Both the position numbers and the translations under genes were made by a program. From Nitrosopumilaceae archaeon (GTDB taxonomy: Archaea > Thermoproteota > Nitrososphaeria > Nitrososphaerales > Nitrosopumilaceae): a stretch of DNA of 64,000 nucleotides. The stretch covers positions 320,001-384,000 of the forward strand of contig CBDBMG010000002.1 of the NCBI GenBank assembly GCA_965207375.1, in the 5' to 3' direction. Shown piece by piece: positions 27,453-42,445 of the stretch. The notes under the pieces are model-generated. The model ran no database searches. It saw only the letters and a list, made by a program, of their open reading frames with translations, and was not told the origin of the DNA. Position 1 is the first letter of the stretch, and each line of letters starts with the position of its first letter.

Positions 27453-30400
27453 GCTAAATAGCACTATATTTGATAATGAGATTTTACCCACAGGCTTCAC
27501 AATCTACTGTAAGGATCGGCCCACTAAAGGAGGAGGAGTGCTATTAGCTATAAGACAACACATTCCTAGTCTGCTACTATCTAGTCCAGATGATCTAGAG
27601 CTCCTTTTAGTTCAAATCAGCTCTAACACGCCCTTTAGACTCTGTCTAATCTATAATCCTCCCAACTCGATCAGATAATAACTATAATCAGAATTTGATT
27701 ACATTTCTACAAAATATTGCTGCTGATACATCTCCGCTTATAATAATGGGTGACTTTAACTCACCTAATGTTGATTGGTCTACCTTGTCTGGTAACACAT
27801 ATTTTTCTAATCAATTATGTGACCTTATGTTTCAGTTTAACTTAATCCAGATTGTGGACAGCCCAACTCATGTTTGTGGTAACATGCTTGACCTGGTCAT
27901 TACTAATTCCTATAATTTTATCAGCTCACTTACTGTGCATTCACATTGTGATAGTCCCATCACATCTGACCACTATTTGATCTCTTTCAAAGTGTCACAA
28001 TGTTTTGTTAAGCACAAAAAACCTGTTGCAACTTTTATATATGACTTTTCTAAAGGAGACTACCATGGAATGCGTAGCTATCTTCTAACATGTGACCTTT
28101 CTGACTTCTACTCTACATCTGACGTAGAAGAAGCATGGCAAATTTTAAAGCAGCACATAAATTTCTCGATTGATACTTTTGTTCCTAAGGTCAAACTGCA
28201 TTCTACTCAACATCCAAAATGGTTTAATCCTCAAATCAGGTACCACATCAAATGTCTTCGTACCCTTCATAGAAAGACAAAGAAACACTTTACTGAATCA
28301 AACCTTAAACGACTAATTTATGCTGAAGACACTTTACTAAATTTAATATTTAAAGCCAAGTTAGACTATGAATCAGATCTTATTAATAGCTACATTCAGT
28401 CAACAAATCCAAACATATTTCGTTATATAAAAAACCTTACTAAATCTCATTCTTTACCAACAAGTTTACATATGGATTCAATTGTTTTTGAAGAGGATTT
28501 TGACAAGGCTAATGCCTTTAATGAATATTTTCATTCTGTTTTTACCCAAAGCTCTTTTACTCTGCCAGATATTAATAATTTACCATCCGTTTCTGATTCG
28601 TTATTGGACATTACCTTTATGTTGGAAGAAGTCTATCAGGCTTTAATCTCTTTGCAGCCTAACAAATAGGCCTGAGCCAATTATGCTTTTAGAATTACCT
28701 ATTATGCTTTTGAGCATAATTCCCAAAACAAGCCTATTATACTTAAAATTATGCTCGGGAATTCTCAGTGATAATGTGAAATTTAATAGGCTAAATTACT
28801 ATTTTATATGAAGAAGATTCAGTGTTGGATTTTTTGGATTCATTATATCATCAGATATACATTTCCATTATGACTCCTACAATGTATTTTGTTGAATTCA
28901 TCACTTTTAATCATTGTATTCATCACATACCTAATTTGATAAAAAATACTGTAGATTCACTCAAAATTTCAGTAGTCACTTTCAAAATTCATGCCTTTGT
29001 GGCATGCCTTGCACAAAAAGTTTACCTATTATGCTGGGATTATGCTCGATGCTTTTACCATCCTATTATGCACCAAATTATGCTGGCATAATTGGCTCAG
29101 GCCTACTAACAAAGCATCCGGTCCTGACAACATAGGTCCAAGAATTTTAAAAAACTGTGCTGCTCCTTTAACCACGCCTGTACATCATCTTTTCATGTTG
29201 TCTCTGAATAGTCATTCTATTCCTGGAGACTGGAAACAGCACACTATTATACCAGTCTATAAGTCAGGGGATAAGCTAGAGTACTCTGAAGAACTATAGA
29301 CCTATCTCCCTTTTATGTTCCATTTCTAAACTGCTAGAGAGAGTCTCATATATAATAAGATCATTGAATTTATGCGCAAGTCCATCTCATGCCACCAATT
29401 TGGCTTTCAGAAACACAAGTCTACTTTACAGCAATTATTACTATACTTTAATGATTTATGTATCTCTAAAAGTCCCATTGACACAATATATTTAGACTTT
29501 ACCAAAGCATTCGATAGTGCATGTCTCCCATAACGAACTTCTTTTGAAGCTCTGGTCCATAGGGATCAATGGGAACTTATGGCAATGGTTCACCTGTTAT
29601 TTAAACAATCGTATCCAGTGTGTTTCTGTCAATAACTGTTTATCAACCCCTTTGCCTGTTATCTCCGGGGTCCCTCAAGGTAGTATCCTGGGACCCCTGT
29701 TGTTTCTAATGTATATCAATGATCTACCCTCAGCAGTTACATTTTCTAAACTTCTATTATTTGCAGATGATGCTAAATGTTATAAAGCTATTCATAATTT
29801 ACCCGATATTCATTCCCTTCAACTTGACCTGGACTCCCTTACCAATTGGAATCACACTAACCATTTATTCTTCAAGGTTTCCAAATGTAATTCAATAAGA
29901 TTTAAACCAAACTCTGGAGCACTCGATGAAGATCCATATCGTATTGATAATTGTGAGGTTTCCAAAAAAGTTTCTCATCGTGATCTTGGGATCATTTTCT
30001 CAGCAAACATGTCATGGTCATGTCATTATGAGCACATTGTCAGCAAAGCTTACAGGGGTCTTGGTCTACCACGGCGTTCCTTTAAATGTTCAAATTCAAT
30101 CACAACCAAAAAAGCTTTATATTTATATATTGTTAGATCATGTTTATTGTACTGTTCCCCTCTATGGAGGCCTCACCAGGTTCAACATGTTATGCTTTTG
30201 GAGAGAGTACAGCGCCGAGCTAGTAAATTTATTCTTAATGATTATTCAATAGACTATAAATCCCGCTTAATTAAATTAAATCTTCTTCCCCTAATGTATA
30301 TCTATGAGCTAACAGATATTTTATTTTTTATCAAATCAATTAAAACCTTTAATAATAGTTTTGATATTACAGAGTTTATTTCTTTTTCATCTTCAAATAC

Positions 30401-30853
30401 CAGATCACTCGGTACAAAGCTTTGCCACAGGGTTTCCATCAACAACATTACCCTCAATTCATATTTTTTTAGATTACCTAGACTTGGAACTCTTTTCCCA
30501 TCATTGACATTTCCCTCCCATATGATACAATCAAAAGGAAATTAATTTCATTTTTATGGAACCATTTTTTATCTAACTTTGACTCTAACAATAATTGTAC
30601 ACTTCACTTTTTATGTCCTTGTTGTAGATGTGCTAAACTTCCCCACATTTCAAATTATACTAAATTGTAATTGGTTACTAACCACTTATTGCTTGTAATT
30701 TACATATTTAGCTAAGTAGCTATAGGTGGGCAGCTGGATTATTTCCAGTCTGCCTTCGATACACTCATAATTTATTGTATAATTTACTATTTTTTCACTG
30801 CTTCATCATATGTGTATTGTAAAGCAATAAATAATAATAATAATAATAATAAT
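27453..30853 (+). mobile_element. CR1-group LINE ORF2 (APE endonuclease + RT), disrupted, with (AAT)n tail
   Basis: GGGVLL, GDFNSPNVDW, SDH, YRPISLL, YLDFTKAFD, GVPQGSILGPLLF, FADD, C-terminal CPCCRC; several frameshifts; aat repeats at ~30830-30853. Confidence 0.92.
28667..29105. mobile_element. hAT-type MITE inserted in the LINE
   Basis: 20-bp TIR taggcctgagccaattatgc; perfect 8-bp TSD ctaacaaa; LINE reading resumes as PNK|ASGPD. Confidence 0.92.
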
Positions 30854-32142
30854 GTCTTTTATCGTACCCTATATATACGTAGATAGCTATTAGCTAAAAC
30901 CGAACCAGCTGAACTATAGCTATAACCATCATACAATTAGCTGGCTACGTATACCTTTGCTTTCAGTTCACTGTAAAATCTGAAGTATAAAATTTGTACA
31001 ACCATGCATCATTGGTTGAAATTTTGTATGAATTTCATACTTCAGATTTTACATGATATAGCTATAGCATATGTATACATTGTGCCGGCTAACTAGCTAT
31101 GCATGCTATAGCTAACTAGCTAATATCTATATACCGGCTATTCTATGCATGCACCTTCTGAAATAATCTTTCAGTTAACAGCTAGCTAGCTAATGATAAA
31201 TTTTGATTGTACATTGTGGAGTGCTTCCATGTATCAATATCGGTTCTTGTATAGCTACTTGTGAATGCATTTAATAGCATTACTTGGTACTTGAAGTATC
31301 AGTAAAATTTGAAATCGGTGTAGCACTATGCATGCCACCACAAATAATAATGGAGAAGTGATCTGGCCATGCGCATTAATCTGAAGCTGTATATAGTGCA
31401 ATATTGTGATACTAACAACAGAATTAGTACTTGTATAACATATATTTTACTGATTTCGAATTCGATACCATCAAAAAATGCTGGTAGCTATTGGTCGATA
31501 CCGACCGATACAGATACCAGAATTGGTGCAGCCCTATAGGCATGCATGGAGCTACAGCTATATATGGAAAAGCATGCATGCAGTCTGGCCACCCAGCAGA
31601 CTAGCTAAGTGCTAATATGTGTTTGGAGTGTCGACTTATAGCCAGCTATTCTGTAGTTAAATGCAAAAAGAATGGTGTTTAGCTAGCTATAAACTTGTAT
31701 AGCTACCTAGCCATACTAGCTATATATAGCATTGTCACCATATTTATTCTGTGCATGTAGAAATAGCTCTTTCTAACCATGGCCACACCTATGAATACTA
31801 AACTATGTTGCTATAGGCAACATATCAACATATGCACGAAATTATTTGAATCGGAATCTGTATATAGCCCGCTGCTATATTTCCTAATATGGGGTTCTAT
31901 AATTTGGCTTGATTTGACAAAAGTGGTTAGTACTGAGAAGCCTCTACACATTCCCTTCGTTTTACGCCGTATCAAGAATTCACGATCGACCCGAAAACTT
32001 AAGGAGTGGAGCTATTTAATCACGTGGTTTCCTGTCGCTGCTGATGAGTTTAGTACCGTGCTGAATATGGAGGTGATATAATTCACTAGCTGAAGTCCTC
32101 GCAAGTTAGACTATAAAAGTCTGGATAGGAAATGACTGTAGA

Positions 32143-33468
32143 ATGCTAGCGACATCGGTGGATAACTCGCGAGGATTGCACCCAGCGCATCTTCATATGC
32201 TGCATCGCGAAAACCTGCGACAACTCTACCAAAACTACGAAGGAAAATGGCAATGTGATTGTTGCAAAAACAATTACGATGCCTTCAAGAATTCCGAGCA
32301 AAATGCTTATCATTGTAACCAGTGTTACTATGACCTCTGCTTGCAATGTTGGTATGGAAATTATCACCCATTCCACCATCACCGATTAAAGCCCGCCAAG
32401 GCAGAAATCTTGTATCCAAGTACAGGGGGTTGTTGATTTTGTAATTCTTGCCATCGGAGCTTTCATGAACTATCTGGTTCAAGTTGCTACAGCTGTGAAT
32501 CATGCGTTGATATAGATTTGTGTGACAGATGTTTTAATGGTGACTGGATTCATCCGCTACATCCAGGACGAGGACATCGGCTGAAACCAGTGGACCCTCA
32601 AATTGTTTACCGTGGCTATTCCAGTTGGTGTTGCAGTATTTGTGAAGAGGAGAAGGACAACAGTGACAAAACATCTTTTATTTTGTTTCATTGCACAAAT
32701 CCATCCTGTGATTTTGATATGTGCTTTCGTTGTTTCCAGGGGGAGAAACATCACTTACACCAACATCCATTAGTGAAGGTTAGCAGTAATTGGAATCAGG
32801 AGCATAAGCAGTGTCAGAATTGTGCAGGCCAGCTGTTAGGAATTGGCAGCGTGTACAGATGTTTTGATACTTCGTGCAGTTACATTCTGTGCTCTAATTG
32901 TTTTCAGCAGAAACCTCAGCCCCACCCGCTTCACTATGAACACACCCTTGAATGCAGCATATCTTTAAACGTATACCCAAGGACAAAGGGATCTTGGATG
33001 TGTTCAAATTGTCAAAGCTCAAAGATCGAATCCGATGCACTATTTCACTGTCGGCTTTGCTCCTATAGCATTTGTCACTCGTGCTACCAGCGGCATAACA
33101 TTACACAGAGCAGCAGACATCTGGACACACTATTCATAAGGCCAGAAGGCTATCATTTACCTAACAACCTGCCACTTTCATTTCCAACTGTCCCGGTGAT
33201 GACAAAATCTGTTTATCCATCCATGTTCCCAGTGATCAGTAAATCAGCTAATAGCATGAGATCTGCTAATGGTTACTCAGTACAACAGACACCAATGGAA
33301 TGCATTGAGTGCAGGATACGACCAGCTCAAGTGACCTTTGTACACAACGGTATGCCTCACCAAATGCCTATTTGTTGCAAGCAGTGTGCACAGCTAGTCC
33401 AACAGAGAGGACAGCAGTGCCCCCTATGTAATCAACCATTTGAAAGAGCTCTAGACAATGGAAACTGA
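32143..33468 (+). pseudogene. Intronless Cys/His zinc-finger repeat protein (ZZ/DC1-like) with C-terminal RING; one in-frame TGA
   Basis: ORFs 32143..32436 and 32518..33468 share a frame separated only by TGA 32434-32436; repeated H..H.L..W.C..C..C..C.YDLC..C units; C-terminal CIEC..H..CCKQCA..CPLC. Confidence 0.75.
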
Positions 33469-35322
33469 AGAGAAGATACAGAAAAATTAATTGTATTTAG
33501 TAGCTAGCTGGCTAACTTATATTTGTTCTTGTATTAGGTGATTTTGTGCATGAGTGGTTACTATTTGGTCTATGTAGGATTTTATTTGATTGTTAAGCTG
33601 GCTAAATCATATATGCATAGCTATATTAGCTTCCTACCTGATCTGTCGTTTTCCAGATTATGAAGTTTAGTTATCAATTCCTTCAGTAACATCTGTACAT
33701 TGGTATGGCTCACATGAGCTCCCTGTACCAACACTTAGATCGTCTATAGACAATAAGAGCATGTCATAAATGAAAACATGTTGAATGGGAGCAAAGAAAA
33801 TACAAAACACTATATTCTAGTGATGCATGTGCCAATTATGAGATTAAGCCTACTGATACCGGTAGAAACATTGTTATATTGCATGTACACATAATTATGT
33901 GTACATGCAATATAACAATGTTTCTGATTTGCTTACAGTCTGTTGCAACTGCCGTAGCCATTAGCTAGCTACTGACATTTTAGATTAACCAAATTTACCT
34001 ATCAACATGCAGTGCATGTATCCACGTCTGAATTAGCTCCAGTTGCATATTATAGCTAGCTAGCTATATATAGTTATAGCATTACCTTGGCTCTAGCACT
34101 ATGTGCTAATACTGTGATGTATAGATTTGGCACAATAGTCCGACCCCCTACAGTCAATGTGAACTGTTGATCAGCACAAACGATGCTTAATATTATTCAA
34201 CAACATTAAAGCCATAGTTAAGTGCATATCATAGCAACACAAATAAGCTAGGTGCAAAATACCAGAATGTTGTTATTAGTAACAAAGCTATAGTTATAGC
34301 AAGTTTTGGTTTTTAATATAGCTATTTTTATTATGTTTACAGTTATATCTAGCTAGCTCTAAAAATGGATTGCTAATCATGCACACTGCATGTATATAGC
34401 TATAGTGTTGTGTGGTAATTATGTGCACTTCATTACTAGTATAGCTATACTATCATTGATTAGCTAACCAAAACAAAATTGATGGATTTTTTAATTTGCT
34501 GATATCAAGCCACACATTAATGGATAGCTATCAACAGTTTAAAATTTTCACTGAATAAATTCAAATCTGTAATGGCTAGCTACATTGCTAGCTATACATT
34601 AAGCTATACAGCTTTTATAGCAGCTATTTTATTCACCAAATTTTATATCATGATATTATGGTTGAGTGTAGCTACAACTACACACCCCTCCCAAAGCCTA
34701 TTAACAACGTTGTGCAAACCTTTAGCTAAAAACCAGCTAATAGCATAAGGTGCAGCTATGTATAACTATCAAATGCACAGCCCTAATTTAATTGTCTGGG
34801 ACTTAGCATCTTACAGCTATGAGGTATAGCTATACAGTTGAGTAATTTGCATAGGCTGTAAGCATATGATGTTTAGCTACATATATTCACATCAAGTTCT
34901 TCTGTTTAACATCGTGAGACCATATAACCACATTCATTTAGTCTCAACAGATTATATATAGCTATAGAGCATTTATACCAAGTCTTGCCCAATATAGCAG
35001 TATATAGCTTAATAAATTATTATTTATTTATTTATTATTTATTATAATTAATTGGTAAATATGGGAAGATGAATGTCTTATGTGACCAGATTTACAAACC
35101 AGTCCAAATTTCTCCACCCATTGATTGCTATACCAATATACCACACCCCTTAACTAGTTTACCAACATCATGCACAACTATATAGTAACACTAAACCTTA
35201 CAAGAAGCCATACATACATGAACCATTTGGAGCCACCTTAATGCCAAAATTAATTTTAGGCTAGCTATAACATGAAATTTGATCAAAGGTTATAAATAGC
35301 TATACCAGCTAGCCATATAGCT

Positions 35323-35604
35323 ATAGCTACCAACAGTATATAGCTAGCTATTATAAAGCTACAACTAGCTAGCTAGCTAGCTGTATAGCTACAGCCGTTG
35401 AAATCACACCCTAGGCTACCAGTACTTAGTCTAACCTATGGTCACAATGTTGGCAATGGCGCATAGCTACCAACAGTATATAGCTAGCTATTATAAAGCT
35501 ACAACTAGCTAGCTAGCTAGCTGTATAGCTACAGCCGTTGAAATCACACCCTAGGCTACCAGTACTTAGTCTAACCTATGGTCACAATGTTGGCAATGGC
35601 GCAT
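35323..35604. repeat. Exact ~141-bp tandem duplication
   Basis: tagctaccaacagtatat...gcaatggcgca present twice. Confidence 0.9.
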
Positions 35605-36777
35605 TTCATGGCTGAGCTGTCTGCTTGTGCAGCTACAAAGCTGTACATCATTTTATACATGTATTTGTTGATAGACAGATCAATTACAGGCACAGAGTTC
35701 CACATACAATCTATAATAATCCTATTAAAATATGAGTGCTGATGTAGAGAAGAAATAGTTCCAAGCTTAAGTTTATGCAGTCTGATACCACAATCAGCAA
35801 AAATGTATACAGTGCATGGAACCTGCCTGCCTATTAGTACATAAACTTACCTGGATCAGGACACCTTGATAACCAAGATACTTTTGGTTAGTCCCAGGGT
35901 GTCCGTATTACACAGGTTCCACTGCAACTAGCTATATATAGCTATGTTTCTAATATTAAAATGCAGCTATACATAAGAGGTAACATGTGAAGCTATACTC
36001 TAGTATAATTCCTGCATTATAGCTACACTATGGTGGGATTTCCAAGTTATTGTGACAAATTAAAGTTGCTACCACAGCAAAACATTTTTAAACGTGGGTT
36101 GATGTGTAATGTACCAAGACAGTATATATTAGTTTAGTGTGGGCAAGAGTGATTCACCTGATATGTGATGATTGTTCTATTAGAGCATTTGACTTGTTAA
36201 CTTATTATTATCAGAGCATCATAGATTGCTTGATATGAAGGTTTCTCTATATATATAGCTATATATATATATATATATATATATATTAGTGATTGCACTA
36301 GTCATCAATGACACATGTGCATAATGTAGCTACATAGCTATAGCTTATTGTTTTGTATTATTTTGTTATCTGAACAGCTAGCTACCAATCACATATTCAA
36401 ATGTTGGATTAATCAAATTCCATAGTATTAATTTTGTAACAGATTTGATACTTTAAAATTCATGGCCAGGCTAATCAATGCAGCTGGCTAACCATAGCTA
36501 CATTATTGTTAATTACAATTAATTTTATTATGTTTCAGATCCACTGCCCACATTGTTCTGCTTCATGCCTATTGCATCATTTCATCAATTCTGCACAAAA
36601 GCTATACTAGTTCACTATTAATAAAGATTGTAATGAATAATGAGACACCTGCACACATAGTTACAGGGTAACTTCCTAATCTGAAATAATTATATAATTC
36701 GCATAGCAAAGTGACCTTATAGCTATACCTGCATGGTCTCAAATTTATGTATTAGCTACCATCCCTCTGGTATTAAG

Positions 36778-37128
36778 TAGTGATGTACTGATGATTGGTT
36801 CAACTATCAGAAATTGGTTTATCAGCCTTAAAATTATAATATTATCAGTATTGGTTTTTATGTAGCAGATATTTTGGAATTATTGATGATAATATAAAAG
36901 GAGATGGTATCTTTATAGTGATAAAATATTGGCAATTTTGGTCTTAAAAGGCAGGTGGAACAATTAGGGATGGTGCTCATATATATATTTAAATAGCACG
37001 ATGATGCCTACTGTTAGCAGATTAGGAAGTTGGGTTGATATCGGATTGGCTATCGGTATCGGCCTATATAGGAAAAGCAATATTGGTTAATTGGAATATT
37101 GGCAAAATCTCATATCAGTGCATCACTA
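36778..37128. mobile_element. hAT-type MITE
   Basis: tagtgatgtactgat / atcagtgcatcacta; perfect 8-bp TSD gtattaag. Confidence 0.85.
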
Positions 37129-37869
37129 GTATTAAGGGCTTTGTTTTAACTGTACTGATTTTAATGAACGGCCATGATGTAGTAACAGATTATAATTATA
37201 ACATATATTTTAACTAGCTATACCCATATATGCATATACAGGAGGTGTACAGCTAATAGATGACTTGATTCAGTAAATTATACCTTTCTCGAACTTTATT
37301 AAAGCCACACAAGTTATAAAAACAGATGTGTAGTACATGTTATGTAGCCCATAGCTATAGCTAGCTACAATTACATACAGTGTATTACATATATATATAC
37401 ACACACACTATTATACTGTATTACTGTATTACATACAGTGTTGTGAGCTAGCTAGTTAGCTATACGTAGCTAACTAGCTATACAGTATAGCTAGCTGGCT
37501 ACATGTATCAATATAGTGAGGCATTAGTTGCACACTTAAGTGGCTGAATGGATTATTTTCACTTTATCACAGTATAACTAACTGAATCATTAACTATTGC
37601 TAAATAAAATACCTATAGCTAGCTACAGCTATAGCTTTAGCCTTTTGCTATATTAATAATTTTATAGTTATGTAGCTATATAGCTATGTATTATATATAT
37701 ATTTTTGATTTTGTACTGTTAGCTACTACATATAGTTATATAATTTTCTGTTAATTCATATACCCATGCACTTAATGCAGCTACTTCCTTTAATTTCTCT
37801 TTAAGTCACCTTATTAAAATTAGCTATAGGATCATGCATATAGCTACTATAGCTAGCTCTCAGCTGACC

Positions 37870-38330
37870 TGGAAATGGGATGTTACAAAAGTGTAAATAT
37901 GTCACAATGTGGCACTCAAGTTATTAACATAAATGGAATAACAAGCTTATATCTATTTTCTTGATCATCTTTATAAAATAACATCTCTTGCCTGCAATAA
38001 AGAAATTTTGTATAGAAATAACACATGTAGCTTCATAAATAATAGTAGAAATATTAATAAGCATTAGCTACACTGTCTATATGGTCCATCAGTACAAACT
38101 ATTTTTATGAATATTGCAAATAAACCTGCACAATTGATCATAGCTATAGTGCATGGTTGCTGTGCAACTGCAAGAACACTCCTTAGGGTTATTATTAAAT
38201 TTTCAGTGGCTCAGCAGCTTGCAAAATTGTCCCTCCAGTAGCTAACATCCGTTCTTTAGGACTGATAGCTATAACATTGCTATAGCTATAGTTACCTTTG
38301 GAGAAATTCATAAAAGCTCAGCTCAGGTTT
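37870..38330 (-). pseudogene. Highly decayed sulfotransferase paralog fragment
   Basis: 37931-38015 aaatggaataacaagctta..ttttcttgat..tcttt.taaaat.acatctc aligns to 40209-40285; similarity continues to ~38300. Confidence 0.6.
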
Positions 38331-38853
38331 ATGTCTGTCAAACCAATGCAGTCACCAGCTAACTATAGCTACACAGTGATTCATTATAATAGCTATAGCT
38401 AGCCACATGCAACGTATAGCTAGCTGTTACAGATTACAGCTATATATAATGCAAAATTAAACATGGCAAAATTGTAGATTAGTGGGAGAGAAAATTGTGG
38501 CAAATTCATGGACAGTTATTAAATTCACATCGTTTCATCAAAGCTTGTGCTGTAGTTGCAAATAGGTATAGCAACATACAGTTAATTGTCACATTATGGC
38601 TATATAATGAGATCTAGACTGCTTTATATGAATTATGATAGTTGGGTATACGTAGCTAGCTAGTTCATTACAAAGTTAGCTACATAGCTATATTCATGTA
38701 TGTCACCATGGTTACAGATGCTGTCATTCAATTTAGCTTATGTAATCCCAAAAATTAGACAATCTGTAGCTAGCTATAGAACAAAAATAATATAGGAAGT
38801 TCACCAGACCCTTTTATCCCAGCCTGAATATAAAACACATGGATTGTAATAAT

Positions 38854-38990
<137 letters not shown>

Positions 38991-39962
38991 AATGATTCTT
39001 GAACAAAAAGGAAGACTATAGTGCACATAGAGCAATTTCATGATACACTTTTATAGCTAAATATTATCAAGTCTTGTTATAGCAGCTAGCTGAGTAAGAG
39101 GTACGTACGTAGCTATAGCTAGCTAGCAAGCTAGCTGCATGCCTACAACCACTAATACACACAAGATTAGCTACTTACCATAAGTAGCTATAGCTACCTC
39201 GTAAAGTGCAAAAGTTTGACAGGGAAACTTCGACAAATGGACCATACACAAAACTTTGATGAGCAAAACTTTATACGAATTGATTGTGGGTTTCAAAGGG
39301 GAAACATTACGAGAAGGTTGGTAGGAAAAAATTTGATGAATCACTGCATGACCATTCGTCAAAGTTTCTATAGGACTGACTCAGGCAGTTTTAGTGTGCC
39401 AAATGCACATGGCTACGTATAGCTAGAGTAATGCATTGCCAAATATGTATCTTATTATGTATGCTCATGTATGCATTCAATATAGGTAGCTAGCTAGATA
39501 CTGTAGCTACATAATTTTTGTTAGTGACAACAGGATCAAAGAAATTAGCAAAGCGAATATTTCACACACTATTGAACAACAAATACAAACAATTAACACT
39601 GGAACACATACATGTGAAAAATGTAACTAAAAATTAGACAGTCAAACTATATGTTTATATAGCCAACTGCTCGTAAACTAAATTTATCATTATTAACATG
39701 AGACTATCTATTATCACATATTAACAATCATTTGCACACATATTTAAAAAGTTCATTATCACTCATGGACACCCCTAGGTAATTGTACACATCACAGAGA
39801 AATTTAAGCTACATAGATAGTTCATTGTATATAGCTGTAAAAGTATAGTGAAGATCAAGCTTAGACAGTTATATATAGCTATGTACATTCAACCTGTGTT
39901 GTTGTTAGTTCACTGTGTATATAGAAAGCATGTAGTTGCATAATGACTAATTGAATTTCCTT

Positions 39963-41320
39963 TCAGTTTTCAAGCTGATTTATCCATGCAATGTAATCTG
40001 TAAGACACTCTGTTAATTGCTCTTCATCTACACCTAAACTGTCTAAACTTCTGTTAAAGTTAGGATGATAGTTAGTCTTAAGTTTCACACGATTGTGTGA
40101 TGTTCTTTGCAGCTTGATAGCCTTGGATACCACATGATCTGGTATTGGAATATTACAAAATGTGTAAATGTTTTTTTAGTGTCGTACTTAAGTCATTAAC
40201 AAAAGGGTAAATGGAATAACAAGCTTATTTTCTTGATTGTCTTTGTAAAATGACATCTCCTGTTCACAATAAGAAATTTGTGTAGAGATAATATAGTCAC
40301 GAATTACCTTCCAAGAAGTTGGGAATAAACCGAACACTCTGGCATGAGGTCCATCAATCACAACAACCCTTATTAAATTAACAAAGCTGCGAAATCGATC
40401 AAGTGGTTGTCGTGTAACGGTAAAAAATTTGGCATCAGGATACTGTTGCTGCAATGATTTGGCGGCAATCAAAAAATGTCCCTCAAGAAACACATGCTGC
40501 TTAGGATTTCCACAATAGTACATTACTTTCTTTACAACGCGATCTGTAAACAACATGAAGGTTTTGTAGTAGAACTCTTCATCTATTGGTTCATGTGCCA
40601 GTTTAGCATATGAATAACCCCATTTCATAAACGAGTAACCAAAACACCAAGAAAGAAAACAAAAATGCCATGATTGTATTGTACCACACCAACTATCACT
40701 TTTGAAAAATTTGAATTCATGGTGCTTTTTAACCTCTACACCGATTGGAATAATCTTATCCTCTAATTGCTTCTGTTTAAGTCCACAGTTTATAAATATA
40801 GGTATAAGCAATTTCCATGCCCAAATATAAGGTATCATTCCTTCTGGTACTGTTGGAACGATGAAATTCTCCTTGTCATCCTCTATGTAATGGCCTAGCT
40901 GAGTTGAGCCACTACGAGGAGCCGTTATGAAAAATACTGGCTCTTTAATTTCCACTTTATGATAGTTGGGATACAGAAGTTCATCCAAAAACCAACACAC
41001 TCCATTAATCGGTACTTTAACTAAGAAGTTGAATAGTATCAAAAAAAATTTTACTCTGCAAATGGAACACTGTCCTCTGGCTTTCCTTCAGTAAACACAG
41101 CTGTGAAATACCTACATATCCTGGACCATAGTGGTACTGTAGGGGGTACTCCCCAAACAAGGAGTCCCAGCAGAAAAAACGGGAGGCAAGTAGCTGATGC
41201 AATAAGCCAGAGTGTTGTGTTGAAGCACAAGAAAACAATCCTGACTAGATGAGACGAAAGCTTCGTTCGTCGATACGTATACTCATCTGATATTTTGTTC
41301 CATCTTATTAAATTGTCCAT
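39963..41320 (-). pseudogene. Intronless membrane-anchored sulfotransferase (Sulfotransfer_3-like), frameshifted
   Basis: N-terminal hydrophobic segment; PVFFITAPRSGSTQL PAPS-binding loop; YPDAKFFTVTRQP; frameshifts near 41045, 40200 and 40175; reconstructed stop at 39963. Confidence 0.8.
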
Positions 41321-42445
41321 GATCGCCGCTGAACGCTGTACACTTTGTAAACAATTTCTCCGAAGCTATAATTTACCGCGAAATAAATTTCACGTGGCAA
41401 CTCCGACTCATTTATATACGTCGCTATGGCAAATAATTGTCTTGGTTACACATGGCACGCACATTAGTGCCGGTACTCTTGCTTCAGTCTCAATCTAATA
41501 AACACAGCTATGGCAGTGGCGCCTATAGCTATGCGAATGGGTCTGATCTTCTCAGGCTATCCAGGATGTGGCTAATAGATGTTGCAGTCTATTTCTTAAT
41601 CACACTCATCACCATAATCGTAAACATAGTAACATAGTTAGATACATCCTGAATTTTTGTAGCTTCAACCAGTCATAACTGTGCATGGAGTAAACTGATA
41701 CACCTAAACATCTACACATACTAGCTATATAGTAACCATATGCTCCAAACTAATGCAGGCTCCAACCATGCAAACATGCAAAATTATCATTTAGAGCATT
41801 TTCTTAAACGTTGTCGCATGCATTGTGCTAGCTACACAATGCATGCGACAACATGCAGCAACTATATACATAGCTATATCTGCATGAAGAAGCTATACGT
41901 ACCATCAAAAGTGCAATGTGTATACGTAGCTAATTGATTAAAATACAGCACCGGTCACTTTAGTTATATACAGCATATAGCTATAAGCTTAACTATAGCT
42001 ATTGCAGAATTGTAGTTCAACTGTAATTTTGGCTGGTTTCTTTCACTCGGTAGCTATAGTATACATGTGTATAGCTAGCTATATAGTTTTAAGTAAAAAT
42101 TTGTTTGTTTACATGAAAGGCCACTGGCTATCCCCTGCTATAACTTTCATCATGTAGTTACGTAATTCATAATTATAACATAAAATTAGCTATATGCCAT
42201 TCCTTGCATGTGAAGTAGCTATTCAAAATTATAACATACAATTATATGGCATTCCTTGTGAAGTAGCTAGCTAATTGAATATAGTCTTATAACTAGCTAC
42301 TGCCAGCAATGCTCTGTACCAAATGGAAAATGTGACTACATATATATGCACTGTCTGTTGATACTAAAGCTATTATACCTTGCATGCCTTAAAAATAATT
42401 CACATAGCTAAAGCTATGCCGAAATTGTTATAATGCTCTCTATAT

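Noticed and set aside
32434-32436. TGA as selenocysteine
   Set aside because: Position corresponds to Trp in sister repeats and no SECIS was recognised.
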